Assembly: GCA_021163445.1 (NCBI GenBank)
Contig: JAGGWR010000070.1
Location: forward strand, 1-38,684
DNA length: 38,684 nucleotides
Source of the DNA: Candidatus Tharpella aukensis
GTDB taxonomy: Bacteria > Desulfobacterota > Anaeroferrophillalia > Anaeroferrophillales > Tharpellaceae
Reading direction: 5' to 3'
Below are positions 24,944 through 35,049 of the stretch, piece after piece (positions within the stretch are counted from its first letter, which is position 1; every line of letters starts with the position of its first letter). Both the position numbers and the translations under genes were made by a program. Under the pieces are notes generated by a model. It was given only the letters and a program-made list of their open reading frames with translations. It did not search any database and was not told where the DNA came from.

Positions 24944-27593
24944 CCATCAAGGCGGCTCTCGCGGCGGCCAGTCGAGCGATCGGTACCCGGAACGGGGAAC
25001 AACTGACATAATCTAAGGCGGTGCGGTGGCAGAAAGCGACTGATGCCGGTTCGCCGCCATGTTCGCCACAGATGCCGACTTTAAGGTCGGGACGGGTGGT
25101 GCGGCCTCGGGTTACGCCGATCTCAATCAAGGCCCCGACTCCGTCAATGTCGATCGAAACAAAGGGGTCGGAGGCAAAGATTTTTTGCTCGATATAAATG
25201 GGCAGGAACGTGCCCGCATCGTCGCGGCTTAAGCCGTAGGTGGTCTGGGTTAGATCATTAGTACCAAAAGAGAAAAATTCAGCTTCCTGAGCAATGACAT
25301 CGGCGGTCAGGGCGGCGCGGGGCAGTTCAATCATGGTGCCGATCAAATAGTCTAAAGTAACGCCGTAGTCGGCAATGATCTGGTCGCAAATTACTTTGCT
25401 TCTAACCTTTAAAAATTTAAGTTCATTGACATCAGCGACCAGCGGAATCATGATTTCAGGAAGAACGGTAATTCCGGCGCGGACAGCTTCGCAAGCTGCT
25501 TCCATGATTGCCCGAACCTGCATGGCATAAATTTCGGGGTAGGCGATGCCGAGACGACAACCGCGATGACCAAGCATTGGATTTAATTCGTGCAGAGCTT
25601 CGGTTCGTTCTTTGAGAGCCGTCAGAGAGACGCCCATTATTGTCGCCAGCTCTTTGATGTCAGCTTCCTTTTGCGGCAGGAACTCATGCAGGGGTGGGTC
25701 AAGCAGGCGCACGGTTACCGGGAGCCCGTCCATGGCTTTAAAAATACCGATAAAGTCACTTTTTTGGGCCGGCAGGAGTTTGGCCAGAGCTTTTTCTCGC
25801 CCTTCCAGGTTGTCGGCGAGAATCATTTCGCGGATCGCCTTGATGCGTTCCTCTTCAAAGAACATATGTTCGGTGCGGCAGAGGCCGATGCCTTCGGCCC
25901 CGAAATCTCGGGCAACAGTGGCGTCATGCGGGGTGTCGGCATTGGTTCGAACTTTCAAGCGGCGAAATTCATCAGCCCAGCTCATAAACGCTGAGAAATC
26001 ACCGGTCAGTTCCGGTGTGATGGTGGCGATGCGACCGAGGAAAACTTCACCGGTGGAACCGTCAAGTGTGATAATTTCGCCTTTCTTAAAGATCTTGTCA
26101 CCGATTTTAAAGCAGTCGTTCTGGTAGTCGACAAAGATTGCGGCGCAGCCGGCAACGCAGCATTTCCCCATGCCTCTAGCGACTACCGCTGCATGTGAGG
26201 TCATGCCGCCGCGTGAGGTTAAAATTCCCTCGGCCGCGTTCATGCCGTTGATATCTTCGGGGGAAGTTTCGGCCCGAACAAGAATGGTTTTATGGCCGTC
26301 GGCGCTCATCGCTTCGGCCTCATCGGCACTAAATACGATTTCACCGCAAGCGGCCCCCGGTGAGGCGGGCAGGCCTTTGGCAAGTAACTCTTTAGCCGCT
26401 TCAGGATCGAGGGTTGGGTGCAGGAGTTTGTCGAGTTTTTCCGGCTCGACTCTTAAGATAGCTTCGCGTTTGTCGATTAAGCCTTCGGCGACCATGTCGA
26501 GAGCGATCTTGATATCGGCCGTGATTGTCCGTTTGCCATTCCGGGTTTGTAAGAGCCAGAGTTTATGGTTCTCAATCGTAAACTCAATATCCTGCATGTC
26601 GCGATAGTGTTTTTCGAGTTTCTGGTAGACTTCGACCAGTTCTTGATAGAGATCGGGCATTACGCTTTCAAGTGAAGGCAGGTCGGAATCTCCACGGCCC
26701 GCCTCATTGATGGGCTGCGGTGTGCGTATTCCGGCGACTACATCTTCACCCTGAGCATTGATCAAAAATTCGCCGTAGAAAAGATTCTCACCGGTTGAGG
26801 GGTCACGCGTAAAGGCGACGCCGGTAGCGCACTCTTCACCCATATTACCAAAAACCATGGCTTGAACATTAACTGCCGTACCCCAGTGGTCAGGAATGTT
26901 GTTAAGTTTACGGTAAGTTGCGGCTCGTTTAGTATTCCAGGAGCTGAAAACCGCACTGATCGCGCCCCAGAGTTGGTCATAAGGGTCTTCCGGAAAATCT
27001 TTGCCGGTTAACTCTTTAACTCTGGATTTAAGGTTGGCAACCAGTTGTTTTAAGTCGTCTGCATCGAGGTCGGTGTCAGAGTCAACCCCCTTTTTCTCTT
27101 TGGCTTGATCAAGTAGTTCTTCGAGTTTTTCCCCCTCAATACCCATGACGACATTGCCGTACATCTGGACAAAGCGGCGATAACTGTCATAGGCAAATCG
27201 GGCACTGCCGGAACCTTCGATAAGGCCCTCGACGGTTTGATCATTAAGACCCAAATTAAGTACCGTATCCATCATCCCGGGCATTGAGACCCGGGCTCCG
27301 GAACGAACCGAAAAGAGCAAAGGTGTCGAGCTGCTGCCGAAACCTTTATTCATGGTCTCTTCGGTTTTGCGCATGGCTTGCCGAACCTGCTCTTCTAAGC
27401 CTTCGGGATATTGGTTCTGGTTTTCGTAAAAGAAGACACAGGCAGAGGTGGTGATTGTGAAACCTGGAGGAACGGGGATACCGATTTTAATCATTTCCGC
27501 CAGATTAGCACCTTTGCCGCCGAGCAGGTTCTTCATGCCAGCATCGCCTTCAGTATAATCACCGCCAAAGCTGTAAACAAATTGTTCGCTCAT
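24936..27593 (-). CDS. ppdK: Pyruvate, phosphate dikinase
   Basis: 885 aa. N-terminus [11 protein letters not shown]...[10 protein letters not shown], phospho-His loop [13 protein letters not shown], and C-terminal PEP-utilising domain ([15 protein letters not shown]). Confidence 0.95.
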   Translation of the reverse strand: MSEQFVYSFGGDYTEGDAGMKNLLGGKGANLAEMIKIGIPVPPGFTITTSACVFFYENQNQYPEGLEEQVRQAMRKTEETMNKGFGSSSTPLLFSVRSGARVSMPGMMDTVLNLGLNDQTVEGLIEGSGSARFAYDSYRRFVQMYGNVVMGIEGEKLEELLDQAKEKKGVDSDTDLDADDLKQLVANLKSRVKELTGKDFPEDPYDQLWGAISAVFSSWNTKRAATYRKLNNIPDHWGTAVNVQAMVFGNMGEECATGVAFTRDPSTGENLFYGEFLINAQGEDVVAGIRTPQPINEAGRGDSDLPSLESVMPDLYQELVEVYQKLEKHYRDMQDIEFTIENHKLWLLQTRNGKRTITADIKIALDMVAEGLIDKREAILRVEPEKLDKLLHPTLDPEAAKELLAKGLPASPGAACGEIVFSADEAEAMSADGHKTILVRAETSPEDINGMNAAEGILTSRGGMTSHAAVVARGMGKCCVAGCAAIFVDYQNDCFKIGDKIFKKGEIITLDGSTGEVFLGRIATITPELTGDFSAFMSWADEFRRLKVRTNADTPHDATVARDFGAEGIGLCRTEHMFFEEERIKAIREMILADNLEGREKALAKLLPAQKSDFIGIFKAMDGLPVTVRLLDPPLHEFLPQKEADIKELATIMGVSLTALKERTEALHELNPMLGHRGCRLGIAYPEIYAMQVRAIMEAACEAVRAGITVLPEIMIPLVADVNELKFLKVRSKVICDQIIADYGVTLDYLIGTMIELPRAALTADVIAQEAEFFSFGTNDLTQTTYGLSRDDAGTFLPIYIEQKIFASDPFVSIDIDGVGALIEIGVTRGRTTRPDLKVGICGEHGGEPASVAFCHRTALDYVSCSPFRVPIARLAAARAALMDD

Positions 27594-27611
27594 CTTAGGT
27601 CTCCTTGGATT

Positions 27612-29675
27612 CTAAAGTTTAGAAAAATCGGCGATCTTTTTAAAATCGGCGGCGATTCCCTGCAACAGGGCCAGGCGGTTTTCGCGTATCGCCTGGTCAT
27701 CGACCATGACCATGACTTCGTCAAAAAAGGTATCAACGTTGCTTTTCAGTTCAGCGACTGTGCTGAAAGCCTGGTCGTAATCCTCGTTTCCAAGATCGGC
27801 GGCCAGGCGCTGAGCGACTTTTTGCCAGGCTTGATAGAGATTCGCTTCGGCGCCGTCCATTAGTTTTTCAGGAATCAGTTGGTAGTTTTCTTGCTCTTTA
27901 CGGGTGATATTCATAATCCGTTTAAACGCGGTCGAGAGATCGGCGAAATCGCCACGATGACGAAAACGGTCTAAGGCACTGATGCGTTTGTGAGTCATGA
28001 CTATATCATCAAAATCTACGGCTAAGACTGCTTCGATAACCCCGGTCGGAACCCCGGCGGCTGTCAGGCTGTGGAAAAAACGCCCTTTGATGAACTCTAA
28101 GATTTCAACGGCGACGGTTTCTATGGGTTGTTCTATTTTGTCTTGCAGAAGCTCTAAAGAGTTGTTGATAAGATTCCTTAAAGGCAGTCGGTAGTTGCGA
28201 TCGAGGCAGATATTGATAATGCCTAAAACCTGACGGCGCAAGGCATAAGGGTCGGCACTGCCGGTCGGTTGCAAGCCAACTCCGAAACAGCCGGCCAGAG
28301 TATCAATTTTATCGGCGATGCCGACAATCGCGCCGCAGTTATTGCTCGGTAGCGTTCCACCGGCTCCGGTCGGCATATAGTGTTCATGGATGCCGATGGC
28401 GATAGCATCGTCTTCACCGGCAGCCCGAGCGTATTCGCGGCCCATGATCCCCTGGAGATCAGAGAATTCGTTGACCATATTGCTTTCGAGATCGGCTTTA
28501 CAGAGCCAGGCCGTACGGCTGATGGCCGCTTTCTGTTCGGGACAGAGCAGGTCGGCCATTTTTTCAGCTAAACTACGGAAACGTTCGACCTTCTCGTATG
28601 AGGTTCCGAGTTTAGCCTGAAAGACGACATTGCGTAGGCGTTCAACAAAATCATCAAGCGGAACCTTGAGATCCTCCTGGTAGAAAAACTTGGCATCATT
28701 AAGTCGGGCCAGGAGAACTCTCTGGTTACCTTTGACGACGATTTCGGGGTCACGGGCGACGGTGTTGTTGACGGTGATGAAGTTGGCCATCAGGCGGCCT
28801 TCAGGGTCACGCAAACAGAAATATTTCTGGTGATAGCGCATTACTATTATTAGAACTTCTTCCGGCAACTCAAGAAAGCTTTGGTCAAAGGAGCCGGTAA
28901 TCGCATGTGGGTATTCGACAATATTGGTAACTGTTTCTAAGAGTTCCGGATCGTCAATAATCGTGCCGCCGAGTTGTTTTTCAATTTCAGCGAGCTGGCT
29001 TTTAATTATAGTTTTGCGTTCATTCTGATCAACAATAACTTTAGCTTGGCGGCAAAGCTCAACGTAATTACTTGGTTGTTTGAGGTCGAATTTGTCCGGG
29101 GCCATAAAGCGGTGACCATAAGATGCTGCACCGCTGCTGATACCGGCACAATCAAAGGGAATGGTCTGGCTGCCGTAGAGAGCTGCAAGCCAGTGGATGG
29201 GTCGGGCAAAACGGGCCTCGAGATTTTGCCAGCGCATAGATTTGCGGAAAGGGATACTCATAATGTAGGCGGGCAGGGCTTCGGCCAAAAGTTTTGTCGT
29301 CTTTTCGCCGGTTTCCCGCTTACGGACACAAACATATTCACCTTTTTCGGTACTCACCACCTCAAGCTCTTCCGGTTTGACTTTTTGCCCCCGAGCAAAC
29401 CCGATACCGGCTTTACTTGGTTGGCCGTTTTCGTCAAAAGCGATGCGCTTGGCGGGGCCCATATTTTCAACTACACGATCTTCCTGCGCTGCCGCCAGAG
29501 ATGCAACCTGGAGGGTGAGGCGCCGAGGCGTTGCCATTATAGTGATTTCGCCATGATCAAGGCGCAGCCGAGTGAGCATCTTTTGCGCTTGAGTTTTCAT
29601 GTCGATAAAAGCTTTGCTTAAAAACCCGGCCGGAATCTCTTCGGTGCCGATTTCAAGGAGGAGGTCTTGGGTCAT
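27612..29675 (-). CDS. glyS: Glycine--tRNA ligase beta subunit
   Basis: 687 aa. The N-terminus MTQDLLLEIGTEEIPAGF and overall layout are typical of GlyS. Confidence 0.92.
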   Translation of the reverse strand: MTQDLLLEIGTEEIPAGFLSKAFIDMKTQAQKMLTRLRLDHGEITIMATPRRLTLQVASLAAAQEDRVVENMGPAKRIAFDENGQPSKAGIGFARGQKVKPEELEVVSTEKGEYVCVRKRETGEKTTKLLAEALPAYIMSIPFRKSMRWQNLEARFARPIHWLAALYGSQTIPFDCAGISSGAASYGHRFMAPDKFDLKQPSNYVELCRQAKVIVDQNERKTIIKSQLAEIEKQLGGTIIDDPELLETVTNIVEYPHAITGSFDQSFLELPEEVLIIVMRYHQKYFCLRDPEGRLMANFITVNNTVARDPEIVVKGNQRVLLARLNDAKFFYQEDLKVPLDDFVERLRNVVFQAKLGTSYEKVERFRSLAEKMADLLCPEQKAAISRTAWLCKADLESNMVNEFSDLQGIMGREYARAAGEDDAIAIGIHEHYMPTGAGGTLPSNNCGAIVGIADKIDTLAGCFGVGLQPTGSADPYALRRQVLGIINICLDRNYRLPLRNLINNSLELLQDKIEQPIETVAVEILEFIKGRFFHSLTAAGVPTGVIEAVLAVDFDDIVMTHKRISALDRFRHRGDFADLSTAFKRIMNITRKEQENYQLIPEKLMDGAEANLYQAWQKVAQRLAADLGNEDYDQAFSTVAELKSNVDTFFDEVMVMVDDQAIRENRLALLQGIAADFKKIADFSKL

Positions 29676-29724
29676 ATCTTTTCTACCTGTCCAGCCGTAA
29701 GCCGGGGAAAATGGTGATGTGGTG

Positions 29725-30270
29725 TTATTTGGCCAGGAGTTCTTTTATTTTGTTTTCCAGTTTGCCGGCGATTTCTGCGTTGAAACCGACGACTTTAAAC
29801 TCAATAGATGGCTGCTTGCTGAGTAAAATTATGGTCGGCAGGGAGCTGACGTTGCCTAAATCTTTGGTGATCGGGTTGTTGGTGCCCATAGCAATCGGGT
29901 AGGGGATGTTGTTGCGTTTGACAAACTCTTCCACGTCAGACTGGTCACCTTGATCAAGACTTACGCCGATCACTTCCAAACCTTGGTCTTTATAGGTTTT
30001 ATAAAGCGTAACCAAGTGCGGGATTGCAGCCCTGCAGGGAGCACACCAGGTCGCCCAGAAATCGAGTAACACGACTTTTCCTTTAAGACTGTCGCGGGTC
30101 AGAGGTTGACCATCAAGCGAAGTCAGGGAAAAATCGGGGACGACTTTTGGCACTTTGGCTTTTTTCGGCCCGCTATCGCCGCAACCTGTAAACAGAGCGG
30201 CGATAAAGAGAGTTAAGCAGAACGTAATTAGACAGTTGTGAAGTGGTTTACGAGTGAAAAATCTGAACAT
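29725..30270 (-). CDS. TlpA/redoxin-family thiol:disulfide oxidoreductase, probable lipoprotein
   Basis: ATG at 30270 with GGAG upstream. Signal sequence ending LFTGC. Thioredoxin-fold motif WATWCAPC. Confidence 0.8.
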   Translation of the reverse strand: MFRFFTRKPLHNCLITFCLTLFIAALFTGCGDSGPKKAKVPKVVPDFSLTSLDGQPLTRDSLKGKVVLLDFWATWCAPCRAAIPHLVTLYKTYKDQGLEVIGVSLDQGDQSDVEEFVKRNNIPYPIAMGTNNPITKDLGNVSSLPTIILLSKQPSIEFKVVGFNAEIAGKLENKIKELLAK

Positions 30271-30326
30271 GGATTTTCGCTCCAAGCGAGTTGTTTTAAA
30301 AGTTGAGTTTTAAGTGGTTGTTTAAA

Positions 30327-30650
30327 TCAAACTCCGGCCAGCATTTTTTCAAAATTATCTTTGGAGGTTAAACCAACAACCTTATCAACCTCTTTGCCCT
30401 GATTAAAAAGAATTATTGTCGGGATGCCCCGCACGCCGTATTTGGCTGGGGTCTTCGGATTTTCATCAACATTAATTTTGACGACCTTGATTTTGTCGCT
30501 GTTCTCTCCGGCAAATTCGTCAAGAATCGGGGTGATTGACGCACAGGGGCCGCACCAAGTGGCGTAAAAATCGATCAAGACAGGGATTTTTGAACTTACA
30601 AGCAACTCGGCGAAACTATCATCGGTAACCATCTCAACATTGTCTGACAT
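30327..30650 (-). CDS. trxA: Thioredoxin
   Basis: 107 aa with a WCGPC active site. SD AAGGAG lies upstream. Confidence 0.93.
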   Translation of the reverse strand: MSDNVEMVTDDSFAELLVSSKIPVLIDFYATWCGPCASITPILDEFAGENSDKIKVVKINVDENPKTPAKYGVRGIPTIILFNQGKEVDKVVGLTSKDNFEKMLAGV

Positions 30651-30725
30651 CTTTAATTTCTCCTTAAATTGTTAGTCTGAAAATTTTAAATAATTGCTCA
30701 ATAAAAAATGAAAAACTTAGAAATT

Positions 30726-31712
30726 TTAACGATCCCGGCTCAGTACGTAGTCGGTAATAAAATGCAGGGCTTCTCTTTCCGGCGATGGTGGAAGTTCATT
30801 TAAAATAGTGTGGGCTTTTTCCAGGTAGCTGTCGGCTTTGCGGCTGGTGAACTCAAGACTTTGGTAGTTTTTCATAAGAGTGTGGACAAAATCAAAGTCT
30901 TGGGGGCTGACATAGTCGGCGCTGATTATCTCCTTGATCCTCTCCTGCTCTTCAAAACTGGCTTGTTGCAGCGTGTGAATCAGAGGCAGGGTGACTTTTC
31001 CCTCCTCAAGATCAATGCCGATAGTTTTGCCCAGATCTTCTTCGCAGGAGGTGTAATCAAGGATGTCGTCAATCATTTGAAAAGCGATTCCGAGGCAGTT
31101 GCCGAACTCTTTCATCTTTATTTGGATATCCGGTTCAGCCCCAGCTATAATGGCTCCGATTTCACTGGCGCTGGCCATCAAGATGGCAGTTTTACCATCA
31201 ATTATTTTAATGTAATCAGCTTCAGTGGTGGTGACATCGGCAGTTTTCATGAGTTCAAGAATTTCGCCTTCAGCCAGTCTTTTGGTTGCCGTCGACAAAG
31301 ATTTAAGGGTTGCCAATGATCCCTGGTCAACGGCCAGATCAAAGGCCATAGCGAAAAGGAAGTCGCCGACTAAAACTGAGGCCTCGTTACCCCAGATTGT
31401 GTTGGCTGCCGCCAGACCGCGCCGCATATCGGCTTCATCGACAACATCGTCATGGAGCAGGGTTGCGGTGTGGATAAATTCGATGGCTGCCGCCAGCTGG
31501 GTTCCGCTCCTGCGCTCGCCACCCAGCATACCGCTGGTCAGGATAAGCAGGGCCGGGCGCAGACGCTTGCCGCCACTTAAGATAATGTGTTCGCCGATCT
31601 TGGGAATCAGGGCAATATCTGATACCAGATAGCGGGAGAAAGCGGCTTCGGTCTCTTTGAGCTCAGCTTCGATGAGCGCAAAGACCTGATTGATATGAGT
31701 GAAAGAAGACAT
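30726..31712 (-). CDS. ispB: Long-chain polyprenyl diphosphate synthase (IspB-like)
   Basis: Two Asp-rich motifs are present: LLHDDVVDE and FQMIDDILD. Confidence 0.85.
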   Translation of the reverse strand: MSSFTHINQVFALIEAELKETEAAFSRYLVSDIALIPKIGEHIILSGGKRLRPALLILTSGMLGGERRSGTQLAAAIEFIHTATLLHDDVVDEADMRRGLAAANTIWGNEASVLVGDFLFAMAFDLAVDQGSLATLKSLSTATKRLAEGEILELMKTADVTTTEADYIKIIDGKTAILMASASEIGAIIAGAEPDIQIKMKEFGNCLGIAFQMIDDILDYTSCEEDLGKTIGIDLEEGKVTLPLIHTLQQASFEEQERIKEIISADYVSPQDFDFVHTLMKNYQSLEFTSRKADSYLEKAHTILNELPPSPEREALHFITDYVLSRDR

Positions 31713-31826
31713 GTTTGGGAGGGATTTATCTCATGGTTTAAGGTTGCTGGTTAGTTGATCTGATGCAAGTGATTATCAAGAACCGCTATCTATAGCGTAA
31801 ATTAGCGAGGCTGTCAAAAAAAAAGG

Positions 31827-32519
31827 TTAAATCATCAGCGGATTTTCAATGATGATGCCCGGAGCCCCGTTTTTGCGGGCCGCAAGGACCAGCATTCCGG
31901 CTCTGTCGGAGTTATGTGGATGGATAAACCGGAGGTGTTTGGGCTCAAGCTTTACAGTTTTAAGGTGAGTTATGAGTTCGACCAGACGTTCAGCTGGGAA
32001 AATTAGAATAAAGAGTCCTTTTGGGGCCAGGAACCGGGCTGCAGCCTGGGTCAGATTTTCAAGGTTGCCGGCCAGTTCATGGCGGGCCAGGCGCTTTTGC
32101 AGGCAATGATTGAGGCGGCCGTCGTCTACCGGATAGTATGGGGGGTTACAGACGACCATTTTAAATCGACCTTTAAGGGCTGTTTCTTTGCTTAAATCAC
32201 GGTAGTCTGCGGTAATTATCTCTATCCGGTCACTTAATTTGTTGCGCATGAGATTGGCGCTTGCTAATGCCGACAACTCACTTTGGATCTCAATACTGGT
32301 AAAGCGGGCGGTCGGAAAATCGCGGGCCATAAGCAGCGGTATGATGCCGACGCCGGTGCCTAGATCGAGGCATTCGCCAAAGATCTGAGCCCGCCAAAGC
32401 TCTCGGTGTTGATAAATGAATTGGGTCAGGATAAAGGGATCCTGGTTGTACCGGTAACCGGTTTTGGGCTGCTCTATCTCAAGATCATAGTGCGGTGGCT
32501 TTTCAATCGTGGTTGTCAT
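31827..32519 (-). CDS. SAM-dependent N-methyltransferase with NPPY motif (YfiC/TrmN6-like)
   Basis: SAM motif LDLGTGVGI and catalytic VVCNPPYYP. Confidence 0.7.
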   Translation of the reverse strand: MTTTIEKPPHYDLEIEQPKTGYRYNQDPFILTQFIYQHRELWRAQIFGECLDLGTGVGIIPLLMARDFPTARFTSIEIQSELSALASANLMRNKLSDRIEIITADYRDLSKETALKGRFKMVVCNPPYYPVDDGRLNHCLQKRLARHELAGNLENLTQAAARFLAPKGLFILIFPAERLVELITHLKTVKLEPKHLRFIHPHNSDRAGMLVLAARKNGAPGIIIENPLMI

Positions 32520-32527
32520 TAAATAAC

Positions 32528-33838
32528 TTAATTGAGACGATTGATCAAAATTCCAGTGGCCAGTTTGGGGAAGAAAAAAGTTGATTTTTGCGGCATTTTT
32601 TCACCTTGGAGGGCAACCTCTCTGACCTGTTCTATTTTGGTTGATTTGAGCAATACTGCAATCTGCGCTTCACCGGTGCGGACGGCATTAATGGCGGTTG
32701 CGGCGTCCTGGGTGTAACGGGTGTAGCGCTGCTGTTCCATGTCGGCTGAACTGATGTTCAGAATATGGCAAAAAACCAGTTGCTGGAGAACTGAAACATC
32801 AAGAGCGGCGAGGGAGGTTGGGAGTTTGTCGAGAATCTCGGCGGCGGCATCTCTTTTCAGGGTCAAGAGCAAAGGTTCGGCGATATTGTCGGCGAGAAAA
32901 ATAAAACTTGAGTTGTCGCCACTTTTTTTCAATTGATCCAGGAGATCCTGAGCCCGGTCGTTGTCGGCAGTGCATTTTTCAATCGTGAAATATGCGGCTA
33001 GTCGTTTTTTCAGTTCGACCGCATCCGGGGTTGGGAAATTTGAGAGCAGGCGATGGGTTGGCAGGATCGCCAAGCCCGGATCCGACATGCTTGAGAAGTA
33101 GCTCATGACGTAATCCCAAGGTTGGTTCTCTCCAGTATCTGGAGCGGCCTTTTTTCTCTCCTGCTGGTAGAGGAGGGCGGTTTCGTAGCGATGATGGCCA
33201 TCAGCAATAAAAATTTCTCGATCCTTGAGGTGGGTTTGGGCCGCAGCAATAGCTTTAGTGTCGGTTATTCGCCAGAGGCGGCGGGTGATGCCGTCTTCGG
33301 TGAATGTGAGCATTGTTTCAGATTGACGGGCTTTAGCTAAAGCATCTTCAACTGTGTTCTTTGAGTCCTCATAAAGAGTGAATATTTGACTGAAATTAGC
33401 CCGGCAATGGCGAGTTAATTCCAAACGATCTTCTTTGGGGGCACTCATCGTTTTTTCATGCGGACGGACGGTATTTTTCTCCCCTTCGAGTTTCAGTATA
33501 CCGATAAAACCGCGCCGACAATAACGTTTGCCGACTGCCTCGAACTCCTCCTCAAGGTCGTAGAGTGCGGGTTCCTGGTCGTTGATCAGGATTTTTTTGC
33601 TAAGCCATTGGTTAAAGGTCGAAGCCGCTTCTTGAAACTCGCTTTGCGGCCGACTGCCGCCCATCTCCTGGGCCGATTTACCAAGAATCAGGCGGATAAC
33701 ATTATAGGGGCTGTCGGCGAGAAGTTTGCTTTTGCAGGCGCCGTTAATAACATCATAAGGGGGGGCTGTGACGTTTGCAAGATTGTCAATAATTTCCGGG
33801 TTGTAATAAGTTCCTTTAAATGCTTCAATTTGAGGCAT
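32528..33838 (-). CDS. DUF1015 domain-containing protein (function unknown)
   Basis: 436 aa. The N-terminus (MPQIEAFKGTYYNPE...APPYDVI) and the block FIADGHHRYETAL match DUF1015 as I recall it. Confidence 0.65.
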   Translation of the reverse strand: MPQIEAFKGTYYNPEIIDNLANVTAPPYDVINGACKSKLLADSPYNVIRLILGKSAQEMGGSRPQSEFQEAASTFNQWLSKKILINDQEPALYDLEEEFEAVGKRYCRRGFIGILKLEGEKNTVRPHEKTMSAPKEDRLELTRHCRANFSQIFTLYEDSKNTVEDALAKARQSETMLTFTEDGITRRLWRITDTKAIAAAQTHLKDREIFIADGHHRYETALLYQQERKKAAPDTGENQPWDYVMSYFSSMSDPGLAILPTHRLLSNFPTPDAVELKKRLAAYFTIEKCTADNDRAQDLLDQLKKSGDNSSFIFLADNIAEPLLLTLKRDAAAEILDKLPTSLAALDVSVLQQLVFCHILNISSADMEQQRYTRYTQDAATAINAVRTGEAQIAVLLKSTKIEQVREVALQGEKMPQKSTFFFPKLATGILINRLN

Positions 33839-33871
33839 GAATGTTCTCCTGGTTGGATTGATTTATTTTGT

Positions 33872-34750
33872 TTAGCCAGCAAAAATATCTAAGGCGGAAA
33901 CTACAAAAATAGTGATGCTGATATAACCGTTAACTGTGAAAAAGGCAGTGTCGATTTTTGTCAGATCAGTCGGACTTAAGAGTTCATGTTCATAATGCAG
34001 CATTGTGGCAACCGCCAAAAGAGCTAAAAGAAAGAGCCAACCCAGCGAGGGGGTGATCAGGTAGATAAAAAAGAGGGCGCCGAGCATGCCTAAGTGGAGT
34101 TTGCGGGCCAGAGTTAAAGTCTGTTCAATGCCGATGGTTGCAGGAATTGAGTGGAGTCCCTCTCCCAGGTCAAATTCGATATCTTGCAGGGAGTAGAGCA
34201 GGTCGAAACCACTGACCCAGCAGCCGACGGCAAAGCCTAATACCAGCGGGGTCAGGGCGAGTGAGCCGGTAACTGCAATCCAGGCTCCGATCGGAGCCAG
34301 TCCGAGGCAGAAACCGAGAACATAGTGGGTGTAGATGGTATAGCGTTTGGCCACCGAGTAGGCAGTTAACATCATAATAATGTAGGGGGCCAGGAGCAGG
34401 CAGAAAGAGTTGAGCATGGCCGCCGCAAAAATAAAGATCAAATAACTTAAGCAGGTCAGTAGAAGCACCTGTTTGGCGTCAATTAATCCGGCAGGCAGGG
34501 CACGGTCTTTGGTGCGGGGGTTGCGGGCGTCGATCTCTGTATCAAGCAGGCGGTTGGCCCCCATGGCTCCGGTGCGGGCTCCGGCCATAGCAATAATGAT
34601 CCATAATACTTTCCAGATCGAGGGCAGTCCGTCGGCGGCCAGCAATGCTGCCATCAGGGCGAAAGGCAAGGCAAAAATAGTATGAGAAAACTTGACCATT
34701 TCAAGAAAAGTGCGTATCCGTGGTTGAGGGGTGGTAAGTTCCATTTCCAT
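33872..34750 (-). CDS. UbiA-family aromatic polyprenyltransferase (4-hydroxybenzoate polyprenyltransferase-like)
   Basis: Polytopic membrane protein with the Asp-rich motif NRLLDTEIDARNPRTKDR. A second acidic motif lies in YSLQDIEFD. Confidence 0.8.
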   Translation of the reverse strand: MEMELTTPQPRIRTFLEMVKFSHTIFALPFALMAALLAADGLPSIWKVLWIIIAMAGARTGAMGANRLLDTEIDARNPRTKDRALPAGLIDAKQVLLLTCLSYLIFIFAAAMLNSFCLLLAPYIIMMLTAYSVAKRYTIYTHYVLGFCLGLAPIGAWIAVTGSLALTPLVLGFAVGCWVSGFDLLYSLQDIEFDLGEGLHSIPATIGIEQTLTLARKLHLGMLGALFFIYLITPSLGWLFLLALLAVATMLHYEHELLSPTDLTKIDTAFFTVNGYISITIFVVSALDIFAG

Positions 34751-34852
34751 GTTAAATACCTCTTTTAATGTAAGTTGGGGAAAATGGTTCAGGTTTGTTT
34801 TTTTCCGGGCACCCCCATTACTCTATTTAGTTTGATGATGCAAGATATGTTT

Positions 34853-34980
34853 GATGGCGTTGTAAAAAGTTCCGATATCCTGCGTTGTTGTGTTTTTCCA
34901 GACACTCGACATACTATTTGTATGGTCTCGCGCCTGGAAAACCACAACTACTTGTCTATCGAAATTTTTACTTAGCCATC
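34853..34980 (-). repeat. 128-nt rod-like palindromic repeat element, copy B (the minus strand has the orientation of copy A)
   Basis: Its reverse complement aligns base-for-base, without gaps, with 21011-21138, with 9 mismatches. It lies in the 299-nt divergent spacer between the ubiA-like gene and pdxA. Confidence 0.9.
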
Positions 34981-35049
34981 CCGTATTTTTTACGTCTCGA
35001 AGGAAGTGTACTTGGGGTGTGAGTTTATTATGCTTATGGGAGAATAAAT

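Noticed and set aside
34775-34975. A 66-aa plus-strand ORF in the ubiA/pdxA spacer.
   Set aside because: It is composed almost entirely of repeat copy B. The equivalent strand of copy A has no ORF, and no SD or family similarity is apparent.
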